Positions 23,904 to 35,644 of a DNA stretch of 64,000 bases are shown piece by piece. This DNA is from Zootoca vivipara. Taxonomy: Eukaryota. The notes beneath the pieces are model-generated. The model worked only from the letters and a program-made list of their open reading frames with translations, did no database searches and had not been told where the DNA came from. The first letter of the stretch is position 1. Each line of letters starts with the position of its first letter. The stretch lies in NCBI RefSeq assembly GCF_963506605.1, contig NC_083288.1, positions 30,132,001-30,196,000 of the forward strand. Reading direction: 5' to 3'. The position numbers and the translations under genes were made by a program.

Positions 23904-24152
23904 CTTACCTAGCCCCTTTAAGATCAGTTGGCTCTCAATGTGCATAAATTGCATTTTGGGGGGTAGCTGCTTTAGGTTCTGACTGGTCAATGCATCCTTT
24001 GGGTCATCTGAGAGTCTTTCATCTTCTTTTCACATTTGACTCAATATTGTGTAGCAGCTCCTTTCTAAACTGGTTTTTAAAGATGTGCATGTAGAAAGGA
24101 GGTTAATTGGATGTGCACTTGGTACTTTGACAAATTGCTCCCATGTGTCCAA
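23904..24152 (-). promoter_or_regulatory. Putative OR14-d promoter and non-coding exon 1
   Basis: CTCCCATGTG 24138-24147, TTAATTGG 24103-24110, donor cttacc 23904-23909. Confidence 0.55.
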
Positions 24153-24436
24153 ATTTTGGTTCACTCTACATTTTGGAGTGAGCTTAAACGTTTTGTCCCT
24201 CTGGGTCCCATGTGCAGAATGCAACAGAGATATGGAGATGAATCTGCTTTGCATATCTAAACATTTATGTATTCATAAGATGATGCAGAGTCTCACTTAT
24301 TTCTTTTAAAATGTTCAAAGCAGATAGTAAGGTGACTGTCATGTGGATAAAAAAGTCATATAAAGTGCTTCCAGTGGCCACATGTCATAACAATGAGTTA
24401 TAGATACATATGAATGTAGGCAGCCATCTTTCTTCA

Positions 24437-24794
24437 GGTAAAGGTAAAGGTAAAGGGACCCCTGACCATTAGGTCCAGTCATGACCAACTCTGGGGTTCC
24501 GGTGCTCATCTCGCGTTATTGGCCGAGGAAGCCAGCATACAGCCTCTGGGTCATGTGGCCAGCATGACAAAGCCACTTCTGGCGAAGCAGAGCAGCACAC
24601 GGAAACACCATTTACCTTCCCGCTGTAGCGGTGCCTATTTATCTAATTGCACTGGCATGCTTTCAAACTGCCAGGTTGGCAGGAGCTGGGTCCGAGCAAC
24701 GGGAGATCACCCCATCGCAGGGATTCGAACCGCTGACCTTTTGATCGGCAAGCCCTAGGCTCTGTGGTTTAACCCACAATGCCACCTGCGTCCC
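24437..24794 (-). mobile_element. Sauria SINE, full length
   Basis: tRNA-like head with GGTTCGAATCCC, (ACCTTT)n tail, TSD ttcaggta. Confidence 0.92.
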
Positions 24795-24954
24795 TTCAGG
24801 TAGAGACTGGCTATTATGATGTCCGTTTGCTTCCTGGGAACATTTTAAAAGCTGTGCAACTGTGAACTGCCCAGAGTGATGTCTCACAAGTCTGCTCACA
24901 TTTCATGGTGGGCAGCTTTGTAGCCAGGCAGCTGGGTCACAACAGTATGCCTGC

Positions 24955-25254
24955 TTAGGGGGCAGAGGGGTGCTGCCTCCATCCTGTGTCATGCCAGCCG
25001 TGTTGTCATCATTGGGGTTCTGCCCTTGTTGGGCAGCCCCAGCCAATCAGAACTCTGTGTGGGTGCGGCCACAGGAGATTTAACTGTAGCATGGCTGGCT
25101 GGCATCCTCTCTTTCTCTCCATCGCTGGCCTAAGCCACTCACATTTGTAACCAGTAAAGTTGTGTCCTATTTGAACCCATAAGCCCAAATACTTCGTTTC
25201 TGTTTCCTTTATTGTTCTCCTGGGAACTTTGTGGTTCAGGTGCCTTGGCACACA
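24955..25254 (+). mobile_element. Short LTR-like module related to 12400-13201
   Basis: AGCCAATCAG, GATTTAAC, CCACTCACATTTGTAACCAGTAAAGTTGTGTCC and the end CCTTGGCACACA parallel 12545-13201. Confidence 0.5.
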
Positions 25255-25935
25255 ATTCCATTCTTTTGCTCTTGATGAAGAGTACTTGATGAAGAGTATG
25301 AGTAGTACTCAACTTTTTGAAAAAGCTCACCTGCTTCCCCTTGTACAGGAGAGACAAATGTGCATCAAACATTTGAATTGCACCACAACATAAGTGACAA
25401 GAGTAGAACAATAAAATAAAGCAACTGACTGCAAAATATACATTGCCATACACTTAACACGTACAGCTCACAGAATATTGCCAACAGTAACTATTTCTGA
25501 ACTCAAATAACTTAAGTTGTTTAGCAATCCCACAGTGCCTCCTTCAGTTTGCAATGTATCAGTGATTTTGAGGAACAGAAGTTAATTTAAATTGTTAAAG
25601 AAGTTAGCTGGAGAGGGCATGCTTTCCCCCCCCAAATAGCAACTGCACTACAATATGCACTACAAAGGTAATTCGTTGTGCTGAGCTGACCCCCCCCCCC
25701 CGGAAAAAAACAAACGCATTTGTCACAATGTAATTAGTTATAAACTGTGTGTGAATAAGGAGAATGCCAGTTTCACAATGAAAACCACAGTGGAAACCAA
25801 ATTATATTGATGAGACAATGTAACTTTCTATTTTGGAATTCTTGTGTTTTCTTATGTTGCAAGGAGCAATGCCCCAAGAGTGCTTATCCCCAAGCTCTAC
25901 CTCTATAGATAATACTAAACACTGCAGACATCCCC

Positions 25936-25938
<3 letters not shown>

Positions 25939-25974
<36 letters not shown>
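25939..25974. repeat. (CA)n microsatellite
   Basis: Direct reading. Confidence 0.95.
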
Positions 25975-25979
<5 letters not shown>

Positions 25980-26243
25980 AACAATTGTATACACAAAATT
26001 TATTCCTCTAGAAGAGAACATGAGGACTGAAATACTTAGATTTCTCTCTCCCCCTTTGCTTTCTCTTTTCCCTTGGTTTTATAATCTTCAAAGATTTCTG
26101 CTTCGATGGAGTCTCCAAATGAATACCAACATTCCTACTAACTCCCATATCACATCTTCTGAAGCTTGAAAGCCCGGAGTTAAGAGTCTGCTATTTAATT
26201 AACTGCTTAAAATCCTAAAACTCAGACAATTGTTTTTGTTTCC

Positions 26244-26245
<2 letters not shown>

Positions 26246-26279
<34 letters not shown>
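26246..26279. repeat. (CA)n microsatellite
   Basis: Direct reading. Confidence 0.95.
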
Positions 26280-26283
<4 letters not shown>

Positions 26284-27089
26284 GCAAAAGTGGCTACCTA
26301 GATAAGTGCTGTCAAATGAGGGAATCAACGTTTTCTCCATCTTTAAATCAGGTACAAGCAAAAAAAAAAAGATTTCATTTTCTTGTTATCCGTTCATGGC
26401 ATCTGTGTGCATGGTATGAATTTAATGCCATTTTGTTCCAATCATCTGTGAATAATATTATCTTGTGTGAAATGTTTTAGCTTTGTAGGGTTCATCCTTT
26501 TCAAACTGGAGTAACATATGACTAAATGCCATTAACCTTATGTTTTTATAGCAAAGAGTAGGGAGGGATACCATAGCGGTTTATAAAGTTTGTCTAACCA
26601 CCTTAAAGCCATCCAAATTGGTGACCACCACCACATTTTGTGGTTGCAAACTTCCATAGATTACTAACCATTTTCTGTGTGAAAGCTTTTTAGCTGTCCC
26701 GATTCTCCCACCATTCATTGGTTGGCCTCAAGATCTAGTATTATGAGGGAAGGAGAAGAATTCTCTTTTTTACCCCATTTCCTGACTAAAAAGCCACAAC
26801 AGTGTAACCTTTCCTTGAAGGGAATTTGCTCCTGCTCTCTGTTCATTTTGGTTGCCCCCCCCTCACCCCTTTCTGAACTCTACAATATACTTTTTGAAGT
26901 GTGGCAAACACAGCTGTACACACTATTCTAAAAGTGGTTGCACTATAAATATTTTTGAACCATTACAAAATTGGTGGTTTTATTTTTAATCCATTTCCTA
27001 ACTGATCCCTCATATGGGATTTGGCTTTTTCTCAGCTGCTGCTCACTAAGTCAACATATCCATTGAGCTATCATGATGAGTGCAGGTTA

Positions 27090-27424
27090 TCTTGGGCTTG
27101 CTGATCCAAAGGTTGGCGGTTCGAATCCCTGTGACGGAGTGAGCTTCCATTGTTCTGTACCAGCTCCTGCCAAACTAGCAGTTTTAAAGCATGCCAGTGC
27201 AAGTAGATAAATAGGTAGGAAGGTAAATGGCATTTCCATGCGCTCTGGTTTCCATCCTGGTGTTCCGTTGTGCCAGAAGCGGTTTAGTCATGCTGGCCAC
27301 ATGACCCGGAAAGCTGTCTGTGGACAAATGCCGGCTCCCTTGGCCAGAAAGTGAGATGAGCGGCGCAACCCCGTAGCCACCTTTGACTGGACCTAACCAT
27401 CCAGGGGTCCTTAACCCTTATCTT
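27090..27424 (+). mobile_element. Sauria SINE (5'-truncated), inserted in an old CR1 remnant
   Basis: gggcttgctgatccaaaggttggcggttcgaatccc...ccaggggtcctt. Confidence 0.88.
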
Positions 27425-27656
27425 TATTGGTCAGTCATTGCCTACTATGACCCCATTGGGTATATGTGTGCAGTCAGGGCTTCTTGTCTCAAAGTGCATC
27501 ACCTCTCCCTTATTAACAGTGAACCACATTTGCTATTTTGTTGCCCATTCAACCAGTATAGAGACTCCCATTAGATGTTTGTCACAATCCTTTTTCTGGT
27601 TTAGCACTCACATGCTAGTCTAGACCAGGGCGGGGATTCCCACAAATGACACTTCT

Positions 27657-27697
27657 TATCTGAAGAAGTATGCATGCACACGAAAGCTCATACCAAT
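27657..27697 (+). ncRNA. Minimal type-I hammerhead ribozyme motif (stem I truncated)
   Basis: CUGAAGA core, stem II GUAUGC-AU-GCACAC, GAAA, palindromic AGCU and UC site; stem I only TAT/ATA. Confidence 0.6.
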
Positions 27698-27708
27698 GAC
27701 AAACTTAG

Positions 27709-28053
27709 GTTAAGGTAAAGGAACCCCTGACCATTAGGTCCAGTCGTGACTGACTCTGGGGTTGCGGCGCTCATCTCACTTTATTGGCCGAGGGAGCCGG
27801 CGTACAGCTTCCAGGTCATGTGGCCAGCATGACAAAGCCACTTCTGGCGAACCAGAGCAGCACACAGATACGCTGTTTTCCTTCCCGATGTAGTGGTACC
27901 TATTTATCTACTTGCACTTTGACGTGCTTTCGAACTGCTAGATTGGCAGGAGCTGGGACTGAGCAACGGGAGCTCACCCCGTCGCAGGGACTCGAACCGC
28001 CGACCTTCTGATCAGCAAGCCCTGGGCTCAGTGGTTTAACCCACAGTGCCACC
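27709..28053 (-). mobile_element. Sauria SINE
   Basis: Same family as 24437-24794; TSD acttag. Confidence 0.92.
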
Positions 28054-28504
28054 ACTTAGTTGGTCTCTAAGGTGCTACTGGAAAGAATTTTTTTTAAAAA
28101 AATCTGGAATGTTATAGAAAATGTTTTGTTTTATTTATTTATTTATCTATTTATTTATTTATTTATTTTAGGCACAACTTTTTGGCTCAGGTTGTTTAAA
28201 TCATTTTTCTCCTTTCTACTTGTTTGTTTTTATTGTATTTCTCTATTCCTAAGTCACGTCATAACTATAGCTCTACAGGCAATTTTCAAAAACAAAATGC
28301 TTAAACAATTTAAAATTCCCCATCAACAAGGATATAATTAGCTAAAGCAGCGCTAGAACTATTATTATAAATCAGACCAGAAGGCTAAAATTGACACATT
28401 CAATATATACAATGGTTTAGTCTCAAGTTCATAATGCGTAGCAGTAATGTCACATTGTTGTTTCTTTCATCGGGGTCTTTTGGTTACAGTTCAATGATGG
28501 CACA

Positions 28505-29473
28505 ATGATCCTGTATGAAAAAGAAAATATCTCAGGAACAGTTGTGACAGAGTTCGTGCTGATTGGATTCTCTAGTCTGCAGATGATGCAGCTGCCATTG
28601 TTCTGCCTCTTCCTGGTCATATATGTGTTGTCAATAATTGGCAATGGTCTGATCATCCTCATAATCCGCCTCGACGCCCGCCTCCATACCCCTATGTACT
28701 ATTTTCTCAGCAACCTTGCCTGGTTGGAGATGATCATCACCAGCACAGTCACACCTAAGATGCTCAGCCTTCTCATCACAAAGAAAAAAACCATCTCCTT
28801 CTTTGGATGTGCTGTTCAGCTAACACTGTACTTCCTTTGTGGGACCACAGAAGTTCTCCTACTAGGAATCATGTCTGTGGATCGCTACTTGGCCATCTGC
28901 AACCCACTCCGCTACACGGCCATCATGAGTAACCAGGTCTGCATGCTGATGATGCTTTCCTGCTGGTTTGGAAGTTTCTTTTGTGTTGCAATTAGTGCCA
29001 TTTTCAAGACAGGCCTCCCCTACTGTGGCCCCAATGTCATTGATCATTTCTTCTGTGATACTGGCCCCTTGTTAAAGTTGGTCTGTGCAGACACCACTCT
29101 GGTTGAAACGGTAGAATTTTCCTCATCCTGTTTCACACTCCTGAGTTCCGTTTCTGTGACAGCTGTCTCATACCTGAGCATCATTTTCACAGTGATCAGG
29201 ATGCCTTCAGCGCAAGGCAGGAGGAAAGCCTTCAGCACATTCAGCTCCCACATCACTGTGGCCACCCTCTATTATGGCAGCTCCATATTCATCTATGTCA
29301 GACCACCAGGAAGCTCTTCTATGGATTTTAATAAGGTGGCCACTGTGTTCAACTCTGTGGTAACTCCATTCCTTAATCCACTTATCTATAGCTTTAGAAA
29401 CAAAGTGGTGAAGGATGTGCTGAAAGAGGCAGTGAAGAAAATTGGTGCAATATTTAGGAAAACAGTCGATTAG
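28505..29473 (+). CDS. Olfactory receptor, family 6-like (OR6-a), 322 aa
   Basis: TEFVLIGF, LHTPMYYFLSNL, MSVDRYLAICNPLRY, IDHFFCDTGPLLKL, RRKAFSTFSSH, PFLNPLIYSFRN. An acceptor ttttggttacag lies about 14 nt upstream of the ATG. Confidence 0.94.
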   Translation: MILYEKENISGTVVTEFVLIGFSSLQMMQLPLFCLFLVIYVLSIIGNGLIILIIRLDARLHTPMYYFLSNLAWLEMIITSTVTPKMLSLLITKKKTISFFGCAVQLTLYFLCGTTEVLLLGIMSVDRYLAICNPLRYTAIMSNQVCMLMMLSCWFGSFFCVAISAIFKTGLPYCGPNVIDHFFCDTGPLLKLVCADTTLVETVEFSSSCFTLLSSVSVTAVSYLSIIFTVIRMPSAQGRRKAFSTFSSHITVATLYYGSSIFIYVRPPGSSSMDFNKVATVFNSVVTPFLNPLIYSFRNKVVKDVLKEAVKKIGAIFRKTVD

Positions 29474-29837
29474 ACATCTCCTGCTTCTTTATCACTCATG
29501 TTCCTAACTTAACTTAGAACCTTCCTTGTCAAATGTCATCCTTTCTTAAGTACTTGTTAGAGGAGAAGGAACTGCAAAAGTGCTTTGGATAATAAATATC
29601 AGATTTTTAGTGTCTGCTTCCTTAGCTGCTGCGAACAGAGCACCATTTTGATGGCAGCACATCATGTACAAGCCAACTCTCACTTCTGGGGTCACTAGCA
29701 CCATCAGACAGAGACCTAGCCCTCACAAAATGAGAAGACTGGAGTTTTAGTCCCAACTGTGATCAATAACACCTCATCAGAAAGCCCAATATTTATGATT
29801 GAGTTATCATTCTCATGGACATTGTCATTCTTCAGTA

Positions 29838-30025
29838 CAGTGGAACCTCGGTTTATGAACACCTCGGTTTATGAATTTTCGGTTTATGAACACCGCAGAC
29901 CCATCTGGAACGGATTAATTCATTTTCCATTACTTTCAATGGGAAAGTTCGCTTCAATTTATGAACGCTTCAGTTTATGAACAGACTTCCGGAACCAATT
30001 GTGTTCATAAACCGAGGTACCACTG
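29838..30025. mobile_element. Tigger/pogo-like MITE
   Basis: TA|CAGTGGAACCTCGGTTTATGAACAC...GTGTTCATAAACCGAGGTACCACTG|TA. Confidence 0.9.
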
Positions 30026-30455
30026 TAATTGCTTTCTTTTAATATCCAGAGTACCAAAACATTCTTTAATAGCAGGGCATGGTGTTTTAGTCTTAAATAA
30101 AGCCATAAACCATGTAAAAATGTTGAAATAGTTCATTTCTTCACAGCTTCTTTTCAATTCCTTTAAGTTCTGGAGATGGGGTGAAATATCTTAATGAATG
30201 CACTTGGTTTCCCAATAAATATAAGAACTACTCATGTCAGAAGGCTTGCAATAGACATTGCACCCAGGCAACAGTAATCTGGTAAATGATGTAAATCAGG
30301 CAGGCATTCCCACAGGACTTTGATGGCCATGAGGTTTAACTGTATGAATTATTGTTAAATGCCAATATTCACTGGGTTTATGACATGTTAACAATTAATA
30401 TCCAAAATCTGCTGAATGTCACCCATACTAGTTTTCTTTAAAAATGTTTATAGTA

Positions 30456-30456
<1 letters not shown>

Positions 30457-30500
<44 letters not shown>

Positions 30501-30990
30501 TTATTGGCCAAGTACATTTTCCAATGTACTTGGAATTTGTTTCAGCTACATTGCAATGTAAACATACACACACAGTTCCACTCACAATACAAATAAGCAA
30601 AGAAACCCACCCATAATTGACCTCCCCTTCAGCTACACATCTACAAATTTAACAATTTAATGGCACAAGGGGGAAAAACTGTTCCTGTGCCTGGCCGATT
30701 TTGTATATGAAGACCTGTAGCAATGTCCAGATGGGAGTAAATCTAGTAGATGATGACCGGGATGTAAAGGATCTGCTGCAATTCTCTCTGCTCTCTTCTT
30801 AACTCTGGTAGCATAGATTGACTCTATTGTAGGCAAGCTAGCACCAATTACCCTTTCTGCAATTCTTACAGCTCGTTGGAGCCTTTTCTTGTCTGTCTTG
30901 GAGGCTGTACCATACCAAGCAGTAATAGAATTACAGAGAACAGTTTCAATGATGCTTCTGTAAAATTGGATCAACACTTTCTGGGGCAAT
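30457..30990 (-). mobile_element. Rex1/Babar LINE 3' fragment with (TTA)n tail
   Basis: FYRSIIETVLCNSITAWYG...LQRAVRIAERVIG...DPLHPGHHLLDLLPSG; (AAT)n at 30457-30500. Confidence 0.85.
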
Positions 30991-31199
30991 TTAAATTTAT
31001 ATGAGCATTCATATACTGTATCTGACAAGTAGGGAAGTGTGCAGCCAAAACCTTGACATTCATAGAAATTGGGAGGGGGGAATTGCATGTAAATGTTGAT
31101 ACCAACCCTCATCAAATTTGGACATTTCCCACATGTGGGGAAAACAATAAGAGCTGTGAACCGTTCATGAACAATAGCTCTCTGTAAAGGAAAGGAGAA

Positions 31200-31900
31200 T
31201 GGCTAAAAACACTTATCATCCACTTCAGATTTCCTACCCCTATACAATAATTAAAGTTCTAGATTTCAATTATCAAGGAACAAATGCAGTAGAAACAATT
31301 GGAAGCTTGATAATTCCAATTATATAATTGTTGGGCCTATAATTTAAAATATACTGGGCTAATATCTAAAACAGCAGATTCTAAAATACGGTATCCACAC
31401 CAACAATAGCATCCTAAATATAAAATGTTATCGTGATGTTGATTGTTAATTTTTTTTAACAAATGTTACAGAATAACTAGAAATAACCAGCATATTATCA
31501 GTTTGTTTTAGTTTAATTCAAATACTTATGGTCTCCTAATACCCTTGGGAACCTTGGAGTTCCAATGTTGTCTAGAATCTCTAATAGTTTCTGCATTCTG
31601 TATTCATTCCAACTTATTTGCTTCCCCTCCCCATGAGAATCATTAATTTACTACAACTTCGTTTCAATTCTATCACTGCTTTTCATTAAAATGCATTGCT
31701 TTATACATTCATTAAGATTTTCCACAACCCTCTTGACTGCAAATTCTTTTGAGAAATGTAGGTAAAGACAATTGGAGTAATTGTCTTCAAGGGGTTTAAA
31801 GGGGAATGATGCAGCAGTCGGGCATGTTGAATTTTTCAACTTTCATATTCCAAAAAGGAGGGGTGCTAAAAGGTTGTAACATGACTTGGGAATACAAACG
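31200..31900 (-). mobile_element. Degenerate L1-like fragment, with a paralogous copy at about 40130-40480
   Basis: Shared blocks such as ccacttcagatttcct and ttcattaaaatgcattg lie downstream of both OR6 genes; class assignment tentative. Confidence 0.4.
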
Positions 31901-32000
31901 GTATTTTTATTAAATTGATATAATTTAGTTTTGCTTGGTGAGCAAAATGTGTGTAACATTCTATAGGAATCATTAAAAAAGATTGTCAAATACTTGCAGT

Positions 32001-32038
<38 letters not shown>
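32001..32038. repeat. (TTG)n microsatellite
   Basis: Direct reading. Confidence 0.95.
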
Positions 32039-32794
32039 CAGCATTAGCTGACTTTTTCAGAAGGTAAAATGGAAATTCTTTGGTTTTCTAAAAGCAGTTT
32101 ATGTGCTTCTTCATCAAACATAGGTTTGCCAAGCAAAATGTGCAATCACTGAAATAATAGCGGATTTGAATTCCTTGCTCCTTAAAACATATTTTTAAGA
32201 CCCCTCACTGAAGAAATTTGCAAAAATGATGTTTTATCCCTTAAAATGACACTGCAGTGCAGCAGCCTTTCACTGCAGCTAACCAGTTATGTGTATGGAA
32301 GCTCAATTTAGGATGCCTGGTGTTCCAACATGAGAGGGATGCAAAATACAAATATAAAACATGCAACAACCACTTGTATAGCGTATGCTTTTCATAGGAC
32401 AAGTCCCAGATACAATCTCTGAATATTACTGGGAAAGATCCCTGGGGAGCCTCTGTTAGAGCCTCACCTAGACAATGGTGAGAAAAATGGATTGACTTGG
32501 CATAAGGATACCAGCATTGTCCATGAGGATATAACATAGCTCCCCCTCTTCTCTAAAGTACTTTTCCGGTACTATGTACGAGAGGTATTTCTGCACATAA
32601 CAAGTGTCCTTTCTTGAAACCCATTTTGCTTCAGGATTTTTGTAAAAGGTGCATCTACTCCTTGTATTAATGCCAACAACGTTTTCCTCCTGGACACAAT
32701 TGATGTTCTCCTGTATAAACACGTAATGGGCTTGAAGAATAAATTGTATCACTAGTCAAGGCACTTATTTGACCTTCAAACTTCCCATTGCAGA

Positions 32795-32922
32795 CAGTGG
32801 AATGGATTCCATTCCCTCATTGGGAGGTTTTGAGCAGAGGTTTGATGGCCATCAATCATTGCAAGTGATTGGACTAGATGACCCTCAGGGTCCCTTCAAA
32901 CAATTCTGCAATTCTATGATGC
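32795..32922 (+). mobile_element. Old CR1 3' end
   Basis: ttgagcagaggtttgatggccatc...ttggactagatgaccctcagggtcccttc...ttctatgat. Confidence 0.65.
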
Positions 32923-34391
32923 TATGTCAGAATATTCTGATGCTGAACACTGTTTTTCTATAAAGTGCTCATAAACACCATAATTTACAAACAATTACAC
33001 CTATGCACCCCTATTTTATACAGTAGTAAGAACCACATAATGTGGTGAAAACAGAAAAAGGAGACTGCTAGTACAATGTTCAAACCTGTTTCCATTTTAT
33101 TTGTGAAGTAAAATATGTTAAGCATCTCTTTGCATAACTGGAGAGTAGCTTAGTTGCTTCCTTGCCACAGGAACCAAGGATTGGAAGGGGAGCAGAAGAG
33201 CACATGCCCTCCCAGTGACTTCTCCATGAAAGGGAAAATGCTATTTGCTCCAAGGATTTTGCATCATGGGGTGGTGAGTCAGTAAGCACCTACAGTACCT
33301 GCCAGAGGGGGTGCCTGGGCTAAGCAGAGCATTTACAAGCACACACACAAACCTGGCCAACAAGAGTGCAATTTATATAGACAGGGGATTACCTGCACTC
33401 CTTCATGTTCATGTAAATTTTGCTCCCCTCTACCCACCAAGGAGTTTTGGGGCATACTGGGGCTAGTGTGATATAAATGAGCAAGATGGCACTTCCTGTG
33501 TGTGTTGTCCCCACCGCAGCCACAATGCAAAATTTTGCAATGGCGGGGAATTCAGCAGCTGTGGGTAACCTTCAGGTCAACCCCAACTGGCCTGTGAGTA
33601 GCCCACATGTTCTTTAGACTTTTGCCTCTGTGGTGGTGAATGGAAAACACTGGCACCTGGAGGCTCTGGGAAGCCCAGTCTATCTCTGGTCATGGCAGTG
33701 AGATAAGACATCAAGGTTTTCACACAGCTGAATCTCAAGGGTTGTGATAGGAATCCCCATGTGATTGTCCTCACTTTAATGATCTACAAAGAGAATGAAA
33801 TAGGCTACTATAAGCAAGTACAGTATGTTGTGTTTAAAAGCTGCTCTAGTGGGCGATTAATTAACAGTTCAGGGTGTATATGGATATATCCTCTTTTTGC
33901 TGCATATAATTTTGTAATTCTCACTAATTAAATCAGGATTTTCTTTGATAGGCTATGACTTGAGAGGCAAATAGTGATGATGAGATACCTCAACATAGTT
34001 TATAGCTTTCGGTTTATGGTATTGAAGTTGGAGCCATACAGAAAAGGACATGGCAAGAGCTGCTAAACAGCAAAGATAAGCTAAACTGTTTCTGATTTGA
34101 GCAGCTTTTGAGGTTCTCATCTAGAAAATCTGGAACACATTTTCTTGCCTTCAGGTGTTGCTCCACTCCAACTGCCTTGTGTCACTGCAGTGCTGTAAGT
34201 ATTGATGGTTTCATATAGTCATCCATTTTAGAATTCATTCAGAACACGAGGCTAATTCCCTGCCTCGTCTCTGTTTTGTATGTTAGCAACAATGAATGAA
34301 AAGGGGGGGAAAGGCGGGGGTGAGCAATGGTTTCCATGATCAATAATATTTTAGTAAGCTCTTTCTTTTTTGGGGGGGGGGGTTTAAAGCA

Positions 34392-34532
34392 GGTACGGTA
34401 TTGGGAACCTTTCACCCTCCAGATGTTACTGAAATACAACTTGGATCATTACTGGCCATTGACCATGCATGCTGGGGCTGCTGGGAGTTGTAGTTCAGCA
34501 ATATTTGGAGGACCAAATATTCCCCATATCTG
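34392..34532. mobile_element. Older hAT MITE related to the 48710 family
   Basis: gggaacctttcaccctccagatgtt...gggagttgtagttcagcaatatttggagg...ttccccatatctg. Confidence 0.6.
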
Positions 34533-35644
34533 GTTTATAGCATGTTTGATTAATGGGTTCCATGCCAATTGGATCTTCCTGACTTTAACTCAGCAACAGT
34601 AAAAGCAGTCTGTGGGTTAGCTGGCTATGGGGTTGTTCATAACCAATGATAAAATGCATTTCATTGATCTTTTGTTCTTCTTTCAAATTTCTATATGAAT
34701 CCTCATATTTACTTTGATTTGTGCATTAGAAAAAAAATTATGGCAAATGATTGATGGGCACGATGATAGTAGCCACAAATGTTGGGTTCGTGGAAGTTTA
34801 TTGTATGGCTTTAGGGGGGGAGTGAAAATAAACTTCCATATCTACCATGACATTTACATAAAAATTCTGAAACAATATCAGCGGGCACATGTTTACCCAG
34901 CATTAACAAAGCATGAGGCATTATAAAGGTTTCCAAAGACATTTTCAATTTAATAGGAGGGGACAAAGCAGCTTATTTCTGTCATATTTCAGTTTTGCTG
35001 ACATTTAATCATAGGTATGCCCTACCCCATTTTTTTTTCTGAAACAGTGCAATATTTATATTTATATTTACATCCCATCCATGTGTCTGGGTTTCCCCAG
35101 CCACTTCTGTCTTTAAAAGACAGAATATACAGACTACAAATAATCCAATAAATCAATAGAAAACAGCAGCAGCAGCAGCAGCAACAACAACAACAACCAG
35201 TTTATAGTTATACCCAAGTTAAAATAACCACCAACCCCAAAATTTAATCAACTCCAATCCAGCAAAAACAAAACAGAGGAACCAAAATTAAAACAATAAA
35301 GTTTGAATATAAATTGTATGGATTTTGTATGCAATTTGTTGCATTTTCTCTTTTAACTAAAAGCTGTCCTAAGATCTTGAACACTCTAACAAAAATAAAA
35401 CAAAAAACAGCCTCCATGCAGCAAGTCTTTAGTTAGTTGGTGATTGTGTGCATTGAAGTAAGATTCAATGTTCTGTTTTCTGAAAGAGGAATCTTACAAA
35501 AACTACTTTATCAGAAATGTTGGTCCCAGATTTCTTATATCATTCTTCTTCTTTCACACTCTTTATTGTGTCCAGCCTCTTATGCACAATCCTTAGTAAC
35601 ATCACACTTTTGTGGGGGATTTCTGGTTACAGTTCCATGGCACA

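Larger units (their letters stand above)
27657..28095 (+). mobile_element. Penelope-like element terminal fragment, split by a Sauria SINE
   Basis: tatctgaagaagtatgcatgcacacgaaagctcataccaatgacaaacttag [SINE] ttggtctctaaggtgctactgga. Confidence 0.75.

Noticed and set aside
35612-35644. N-terminal extensions of OR and V2R ORFs in the track
   Set aside because: They begin at GTG/TTG and often cross splice acceptors; ATG starts were used instead.
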